A stretch of 64,000 bases of DNA from Oceanispirochaeta sp. (lineage in GTDB: Bacteria > Spirochaetota > Spirochaetia > DSM-2461): contig CAXXOA010000002.1 of the NCBI GenBank assembly GCA_963666275.2, forward strand, positions 1,184,001 to 1,248,000. The letters are read 5' to 3'. The translations under genes and the position numbers were made by a program. Numbering within the stretch: position 1 is the first letter of the stretch; each line of letters opens with the position of its first letter. The notes beneath the pieces were generated by a model. The model was given only the letters and a program-made list of their open reading frames with translations, ran no database searches and was not told the origin of the DNA. This document shows positions 57,926 to 64,000 of this stretch, one piece after another.

Positions 57926-59131
57926 ATGAAGCTGTCCATCCGGCACAATATAGGCCTGGATTACTCTTTTACTTTTCTGAATAATCTTAACCTCCTCCAT
58001 GCGCTGTGGATGATCTGGCTCTCTCTGAAGGGATTTTCCCTCTGGGAACTGGGGTTACTGGAGGGTATTTTTCATGCCACCTCTTTTCTTATGGAGGTTC
58101 CTACCGGAGCCGTGGCGGATCTTTGGGGGCGGCGGAGCAGCCGTATCCTGGGCAGAATCTTTTTTATGGCCAGTCTCTTTTTTTTATGGAAGGCCGAAGG
58201 TTTTCTGTTTCAGGCGGCAGGATTCGTTTTGATTGCTTTCAGCTATAATCTCGAGTCGGGAGCTGGTGAAGCCCTGGTGTATGACTCTCTGGTCCATATA
58301 AAAAAAGAAGAGCTTTTCATGGGGGTCCGCGGAAAAAAGGAACTGATCTTTCAGCTTGCGGCGATCACTGCCTTTCTGAGCGGCGGGTATCTGGCTACCA
58401 GGGACTATAATCTTGTCTTTGCAGTCACTCTGCTGGCAGCCCTGCTGTCGGTTGGGAATGCTCTTCTTATGACTGAGCCTCCTCTCAAGAGCCGGCAGAT
58501 CCCTCCTGAAGGATCCATCATCAAACGGGCCGCCCGGTCCCTTGGAGGGCAGACAAAAAACAGCCTTTCCGTGATCCGGAAGGAACCGCGCATTGCCTAT
58601 CTGATTATATACAGTGAGTGTATCTTTGTTTTTACAACCACCCAGTATTTCTATCTGCAGACCTGGTGGAAATTTGCCGGTTACAGCGAGTTCTATATGG
58701 GGATTGTTTTCTCTTTTCAGTGTTTCCTGGCAGGACTGTCGGCACTGGCCGCTCCGGGTCTGGACAAACGGTTCGGAGAGAAAAAACTGCTTTTCATCAT
58801 TCCCGTGCTGCTGCTGATTTCGCTCTGGGGGGTTGCACTCTTTCAGTTCAAAGCCCTCTTTTTTATTCTGAACGGCGTTTTTGAGGGAATCCTCATGGTT
58901 TCGATCAGCGACTATATCAATAAAATGATCCCTTCCGATTACAGAGCCACCATACTCAGCTATCAGTCCATGGTATTCAGTTTTCTAATGATTCTCCTTT
59001 TCCCTCTGATCGGTCTGCTGGGGGACCTGTTTTCCCTGGATGTCTCCTTTTTTGTGATCAGTTCCATCGGAACTGCGCTTTTTGTGCTTTACAGGATTTA
59101 TATACGGTTCTACCAAAAAAGGAACACTTGA
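57926..59131 (+). CDS. MFS transporter
   Basis: EVPTGAVADLWGRR, SGAGEALVYDSL, IPS..RATILS; about 12 TM segments. Confidence 0.92.
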   Translation: MKLSIRHNIGLDYSFTFLNNLNLLHALWMIWLSLKGFSLWELGLLEGIFHATSFLMEVPTGAVADLWGRRSSRILGRIFFMASLFFLWKAEGFLFQAAGFVLIAFSYNLESGAGEALVYDSLVHIKKEELFMGVRGKKELIFQLAAITAFLSGGYLATRDYNLVFAVTLLAALLSVGNALLMTEPPLKSRQIPPEGSIIKRAARSLGGQTKNSLSVIRKEPRIAYLIIYSECIFVFTTTQYFYLQTWWKFAGYSEFYMGIVFSFQCFLAGLSALAAPGLDKRFGEKKLLFIIPVLLLISLWGVALFQFKALFFILNGVFEGILMVSISDYINKMIPSDYRATILSYQSMVFSFLMILLFPLIGLLGDLFSLDVSFFVISSIGTALFVLYRIYIRFYQKRNT

Positions 59132-59161
59132 TTTCGTCTCAGATTTTATTACCTTGAATTT

Positions 59162-60097
59162 ATGGAAGAGTCAGGGAAGAATCGAACTAAGCGTAAAGCC
59201 ATATTCACAGCTGATGATTTCGGGGCCTCCGACTTTATCAATAAAGGAGTGCTCCGGGGGATAGAAAAGGGCATTATAAACAGTGTGGCTGTTATGGTGA
59301 ATTTTCCGGGAGCCCTTGAACATATTGTTCGGTTGAAAGAAACATTTCCCCGTATCTCGATTGGTCTGCACTCTTCCATCACAGCCGGGACGCCTCTCTC
59401 CCGGGAAAAGGACATCTCTTCACTTGTGGATCCCCTGGGAAAGTTCTTTGACCTGCAGGAATTTATTCAGCGCATCAGGGAGATCAGACCTGAGCATGTC
59501 TATACCGAAGCTCTGGCCCAGCTGGAGGCTCTGGAAAGGGCGGGTGTCGAGGTGGAGCACCTTTCCAGCCATCACAATCTTATGCAGGTTTATACCCCCC
59601 TGTTTCAGGAACTGCTCCGGATTGCCCGGGAAAAAGGCATTCCCATGAGAAGCACCAGGCCTCTGAGCCGTTTCCTTCCCCCCTACAGCCGCAGTCCCAT
59701 CATTCAGGAAGGCAGGAAGGCCGCACTGGAGCTGGTGGTCCGTCACACTTTTTCGGCTATCAGGTTCATGAAATACGGCATGCCCCAGGAGATGCAGAAG
59801 AATCAGGATTCCATGATGGACCAGGGAGTTCCCCATCCCGATTTTCTGGGAGACTCCTTCTGGGGGGATCCCACACCCGAGAATCTCAGGTTTATCCTGA
59901 ACCATCAGCCCCCGGGTGTGACGGAATGGGTTTTTCATCTGGGGTCTTCCAGAGGGCTGGAAGAAGCGCCCAAAGGGATTGATCAGGAGTATTTTCACTT
60001 TCGGGAACTTGAACTGTTTACAATCTGTTCCTCCGAACTCCCTCTCTGGCTTGAAAGGGAGGGGATCGAGCAGGTCTCCTTCCGGGATCTCGGCTAA
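59162..60097 (+). CDS. ChbG/HpnK (YdjC) family deacetylase
   Basis: TADDFG…N.G, GLH, HLSSHH, EWVFHLG, R..EL. Confidence 0.88.
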   Translation: MEESGKNRTKRKAIFTADDFGASDFINKGVLRGIEKGIINSVAVMVNFPGALEHIVRLKETFPRISIGLHSSITAGTPLSREKDISSLVDPLGKFFDLQEFIQRIREIRPEHVYTEALAQLEALERAGVEVEHLSSHHNLMQVYTPLFQELLRIAREKGIPMRSTRPLSRFLPPYSRSPIIQEGRKAALELVVRHTFSAIRFMKYGMPQEMQKNQDSMMDQGVPHPDFLGDSFWGDPTPENLRFILNHQPPGVTEWVFHLGSSRGLEEAPKGIDQEYFHFRELELFTICSSELPLWLEREGIEQVSFRDLG

Positions 60098-60205
60098 AAT
60101 AGTCTGTTCCGGAGCTTTTCATATCGACAGCGGCAGGATGAATGTTTTAAAATAAATAGATGATTATTTAAAAAACTATAATTTTTCTGTCGGGAGACAC
60201 GGCTA

Positions 60206-61348
60206 ATGGATAAAAACAAATTAATAATAATCGATGATGACAGGATGGTTCTGCAGTCTTTAAAGAGAGAGATCCTTTCCTTTTCGGCCTCTCGGAATTT
60301 CGAAGCATTTTTTTTCGCATCCCCTGATCAGGCTCTGGATTTTGCCAGGCATAATACAAATATCGGGTTGATGATCACAGATCAGAGGATGCCCAGGATG
60401 AGTGGAAATGAGCTCATTAACAGTATTCGCAAGGTGAATCCTGATATTTCCGCCATCATGATTTCTGCCTATACGGACAGGGAAAGCATGAAAAAGTCGA
60501 TCAGTTCCGGGGTGGTTTCCTATCTTGATAAACCCTGGGACAGCACCCAGCTTATGAGTGAAATCCAGCGGGGACTGGAGATCCATAAACTGAAGAGAAT
60601 CCAGCGAACCTACATAGGCAGGATGAACCGGGAACTCCAGGGGAACGGGAGGTTTCAGAGCTCTCTGATGGGGCGGAACCTTCCCTATAACAAAAGGGTG
60701 AGTTTCTCCTGTAAAATTCTTCCCGTTCCGCCCTGCAGCTGCAGCAGCCATTTTTATCATGTCCATCAGATTGATGAAAACAGCCTGGTTTATATTCTCG
60801 GCGATACGGGGGAACCCGGGTTGAGTGCCTCTTCGCTAAGCTGTATTGTCAAAACTCTGATCAAGGAGTTCTTCTATCAGTCTGGGGATCTGAGAATGTT
60901 CTCCCCCCGGGACCTGCTGGAGCATCTGAACAGGAAGCTCTGCCAGCATCTTGGGAGTCTGTCGGGAAAGGGAATCCAGTGCTCCATTGTCCATTTTGAT
61001 TTTGAATTCAGGAATATCACAGCGGCGGGAACAAGCGGGATGACAAATACAATCCTCCGGAATCCCGCGTTTATCTCTCTGGATACACAGGGGCATCCTC
61101 TGGGAATCAACAGGGATAACCAGTATGAGGAGACCATGGTGGAGATGCAGTCCCGGGACAGGGTTCTTTTGTACTCCAGGGGACTGGCTTCCATACAGGA
61201 GGAGTATGGATTTCTGCATATGACCTTCCTCAAGCATAAGGATGCAGATGATTTTACCAGTTCCGCCTTTGAAGACATCAAATCTCTGATGAAAGGAAAA
61301 CCCCAGTATGAGGACTATGTGCTTATGTCTCTGAAAATAAAAGACTGA
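60206..61348 (+). CDS. Response regulator: REC domain plus degenerate PP2C/SpoIIE-like domain
   Basis: IIDDD…TDQRMP.MSG…SAY…KPW receiver; C-terminal SpoIIE-like layout (P..LL..LN..L, G.PLG, DR.LLY..GL). Confidence 0.82.
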   Translation: MDKNKLIIIDDDRMVLQSLKREILSFSASRNFEAFFFASPDQALDFARHNTNIGLMITDQRMPRMSGNELINSIRKVNPDISAIMISAYTDRESMKKSISSGVVSYLDKPWDSTQLMSEIQRGLEIHKLKRIQRTYIGRMNRELQGNGRFQSSLMGRNLPYNKRVSFSCKILPVPPCSCSSHFYHVHQIDENSLVYILGDTGEPGLSASSLSCIVKTLIKEFFYQSGDLRMFSPRDLLEHLNRKLCQHLGSLSGKGIQCSIVHFDFEFRNITAAGTSGMTNTILRNPAFISLDTQGHPLGINRDNQYEETMVEMQSRDRVLLYSRGLASIQEEYGFLHMTFLKHKDADDFTSSAFEDIKSLMKGKPQYEDYVLMSLKIKD

Positions 61349-61539
61349 CACACCCGACGGGGGTAAATCATATAAAATAAGTATCCTTTCAGCCTGTTTG
61401 GTGTTTACTTACTATACAGGGTACATATTCTGCTTACCCCTCCGGGAGGGATATCAGCAGAAATGGTGTATAAAATCCTAATAATACTAACTGGAATTAA
61501 CTGAGATGATTTCAGTTTTTGATGAGAGGGGACTTATTG

Positions 61540-62646
61540 ATGAAGAAGATGAAACTCCGCGGCCTGTTTACAACTCTTTTTCTGGCGGGAAGTTTTATCA
61601 GCTGCGGGGCCCAGACCTTATCCGCGTTGAATATTGACAATATGTTTACAGACCGGGATGCCAGGCAGATCCCCGACTTCAGCCGGGCCGTTTCTCCGGG
61701 GATCCGACAGGGGGAGGATACTGTGATTTCCTCTGAAGGGATCTATCTTCTCTCCGGCAGGTTTGAAGAGACTTCGATCATCGTCGATGCCGGGAAAGAG
61801 GATAAAGTCCAGCTGATCCTGAACAATCTGTCGATTACAAATCGGGATAAACCGGCTGTGTACATAAAGAGGGCTGACAAAGTTTTTATCACATCCGTAA
61901 ATACCAATATATTCACGGTTTCCGGAGAGATCGGGGATGATGGTGATACCAATCTGGATGCTGTGATATTTTCCCGGGAAGACCTTGTTCTGAACGGAAC
62001 AGGTTCTCTGAATATTACTTCTTCCAGAGAGAACGCCATCACTTCAAAAGATGACCTGAAAATCACAGGAAGCGCTTTGACTGTGAAGTCTGCGAAAGAC
62101 AGCCTGGAAGCCAATGATTCCATAAGAATCTCAGGAGGCGATATCTTCATTGATTCGGGAAAAGACGGCCTTCACAGTGAAAATGAGGATGATCCTGATC
62201 TGGGGTATATCTATATTTCCGGGGGAAATCTGGAAATCCGGGCTGCCGATGATGCCATACAGGGGAACAGTACGGTTCAGATTGACGGAGGAGAAATCCT
62301 CATTACCTCCAGCACCGAAGGAATAGAATCGACCCATGTTCAGATCAACGGGGGAGTGATTGATCTGTATGCCAGTGATGACGGCATAAATGCGGCTTCC
62401 AAAAATGGCAGAACACCCCTGATGGAGATCAACGGGGGAGAGCTGACTGTGGAAGTGGGCCCCGGGGATACGGACGGTTTTGATTCCAACGGAGATCTTA
62501 TTATCCGGGGAGGGACGATCCATGTGACTGCCCCCCGGTCGCCCTTTGACGCGGACGGAGAGGTGGAGTTCCTTGAGGGTAGTGTGTTTGTGAACGGACA
62601 GGCTGTCTCGGAGATCCCCGTACAGAGATGGGGGAGGAGACGGTGA
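61540..62646 (+). CDS. Cthe_2159/DUF4353-type beta-helix carbohydrate-binding lipoprotein
   Basis: Lipobox FISC; G.Y.LSG, KVQLIL, A.IFS.EDL.LNGTGSL, I.SKDDLKI.G, DGLHSEN, DDGINA, DG.DSNG. Confidence 0.87.
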   Translation: MKKMKLRGLFTTLFLAGSFISCGAQTLSALNIDNMFTDRDARQIPDFSRAVSPGIRQGEDTVISSEGIYLLSGRFEETSIIVDAGKEDKVQLILNNLSITNRDKPAVYIKRADKVFITSVNTNIFTVSGEIGDDGDTNLDAVIFSREDLVLNGTGSLNITSSRENAITSKDDLKITGSALTVKSAKDSLEANDSIRISGGDIFIDSGKDGLHSENEDDPDLGYIYISGGNLEIRAADDAIQGNSTVQIDGGEILITSSTEGIESTHVQINGGVIDLYASDDGINAASKNGRTPLMEINGGELTVEVGPGDTDGFDSNGDLIIRGGTIHVTAPRSPFDADGEVEFLEGSVFVNGQAVSEIPVQRWGRRR

Positions 62647-62660
62647 GCCGGGAGAGATTA

Positions 62661-62962
62661 ATGGCAGATGGGACGCGTTTTCAGAGACAGGAGCATAAGT
62701 ACCTGCTGACTCAAGCCCGGAGAGCCGATTTTTTACAGGCTCCGGCTCCCATATTGAAGAGGATCTTTTCAGGGAGTATACTCTCCGGTCCGATCTTGTC
62801 TCTTCGAAAACCACCGGACTGGGAAGCCTGTTTAAACTGGTCTATCATATTGAACTCAGGAAGGACCGCAGCGAGAAAGATTTCATCGATTCCCTGCGGA
62901 TCCGGAACGGAAATCTGGAAATCTCCTCATCTGTCCTGACTGAATCGGCAGATCGTCTGTAA
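62661..62962 (+). pseudogene. Deletion scar fusing the start of a VTC (polyphosphate polymerase domain) gene to the end of a DUF4956 gene
   Basis: MADGTRFQRQEHKYLL (VTC-type N-terminus), frame switch near 62742, then DLFREYT…LVSSKTTGLGSLFKLVYHIEL…EKDFIDSLRIRNGNLEIS…RL* (DUF4956-type C-terminus). Confidence 0.72.
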
Positions 62963-62996
62963 CAGGAGCCTTCGCTGACTGGGGGTATCTCCGGGT

Positions 62997-64000
62997 TCAG
63001 GAGCAGCGGTATTTTTTATAAAGCCTGTAATTCTTGAATCCGCCGGAAAGGTTGTAAACACAGGTAAAGCCTTGGTTGATCAGAAGGTTCTGCGCCGCAT
63101 TTCCCGTTACTCCCTTATTGCAGTGGGTAATGGTGGGGCGGGATTTATCCAGAGACACTGATCTCTCCCGTAATTCTGACAGGGGGATACTTTCGGCTCC
63201 TGTGATATGTCCTTTCTGGTAATCCCCGGAGGATCGGACATCTATAATCTGATACTCCGACTCCCTGCCCAGGAGCTCCCCGGGCGTCATAATCTTTCTG
63301 CCATGGTAAATGGCATTACTCAGGATCATACCCGTATACATCACAGGATCCTTTGTGGTGGAGAAAGGAGGCGCATAGGCCAGGTCCAGATGAAAAAGGT
63401 CCTCCACAGAGGCTCCGAAGGTTATGGCTGTAGCAAAGACATCCAGCCTTTTATCAACCCCTCTCTCGCCGATAATCTGAACACCCAGAAGTTTTCCCGT
63501 TTTTCTGTCTGCAACAGCTTTGATGACCATTTCTCTGGATTCGGGAAGGTAGCGGCTCTGATTTTCCTTGATATTATGGATCACTTCCACGCTGTATCCC
63601 GCCGCTTCCGCCTCTCTTCCTGTCATTCCTGTAAACCCGATGTGAAGATCAAAGAACTTAACGATTCCCGTTCCCAGAACTCCCCGAAATTTCAGGTTTC
63701 CCCCGCTGAGGCTTTCTCCGGCAATCCTTCCGGTTTTGTTGGCCGTGGATCCCATGGGTCTGTACAGAGGGGCTCCTGTCGCGGCGGACCAGACTTCCGC
63801 ACAGTCTCCCACGGCCTTGATCTCCGGCCGGGACGTGGTCATTTCCTCATTCACTTTAATGGCCCCTGTGGAACCCAGTTCAAGACCGGCCTCCTCTGCA
63901 AGGGACGTTTCGGGTTTTACCCCCGCCGACAGGATGACAAGGTCTGCTTCATAGCGTTTTCCCGATCGTGTGTGAACACAATGGTCCTCAATTTTGTCAG
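62997..64000 (-). CDS. CoA-disulfide reductase-like FAD oxidoreductase with C-terminal rhodanese domain, 5' part outside the window
   Basis: AVGDCAE, ANK.GRIAG, LLGVQIIG..GVDKRLDV, LDLAYAPPFS..KDPV, IIDVR…GHI.GA..IPL, HC..G, NLSGGF. Confidence 0.92.
   Translation of the reverse strand, partial: DKIEDHCVHTRSGKRYEADLVILSAGVKPETSLAEEAGLELGSTGAIKVNEEMTTSRPEIKAVGDCAEVWSAATGAPLYRPMGSTANKTGRIAGESLSGGNLKFRGVLGTGIVKFFDLHIGFTGMTGREAEAAGYSVEVIHNIKENQSRYLPESREMVIKAVADRKTGKLLGVQIIGERGVDKRLDVFATAITFGASVEDLFHLDLAYAPPFSTTKDPVMYTGMILSNAIYHGRKIMTPGELLGRESEYQIIDVRSSGDYQKGHITGAESIPLSELRERSVSLDKSRPTITHCNKGVTGNAAQNLLINQGFTCVYNLSGGFKNYRLYKKYRCS

Overview
Bacterial chromosomal window, about 55 intact CDS, no rRNA, tRNA or CRISPR seen. 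The style of the exported-protein N-termini (…ASGAQD, …SARGSQD, …AEGQKE) suggests a free-living spirochaete; this is inference only. Content in order: 3' part of typA; a MarR / AhpD-like CMD / lipoyl-domain-LpdA redox cluster; a Cache-HAMP-GAF-HD-GYP phosphodiesterase; an array of five inverted-doublet palindromic repeats (REPIN/BoxC-like) with variable spacers, one spacer slot being filled by a DUF559 endonuclease gene (best candidate for an undescribed system); gpx-ohrR-like-guaD; ABC/MFS and MATE export operons; a MINPP-type phytase; a 26.6-43 kb redox/aldehyde-stress island (DUF4405, exported flavodoxin, cyclophilin-like proteins, DUF3737-PatB, CMD/cupin, AKR, with LysR- and MerR-type promoters) interrupted by a decayed group II intron; two sugar ABC operons, the second AT-rich and ending in a PfkB kinase plus GatZ-like epimerase (probable tagatose route); a REC-degenerate PP2C protein; and the 3' part of a CoA-disulfide reductase-rhodanese gene. 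Several deletion scars are readable in the sequence (response regulator, flavocytochrome c, VTC-DUF4956 fusion, intron), as is one orphan promoter-terminator unit that may be an sRNA. All family calls come from recognising motifs by eye; no searches were run.
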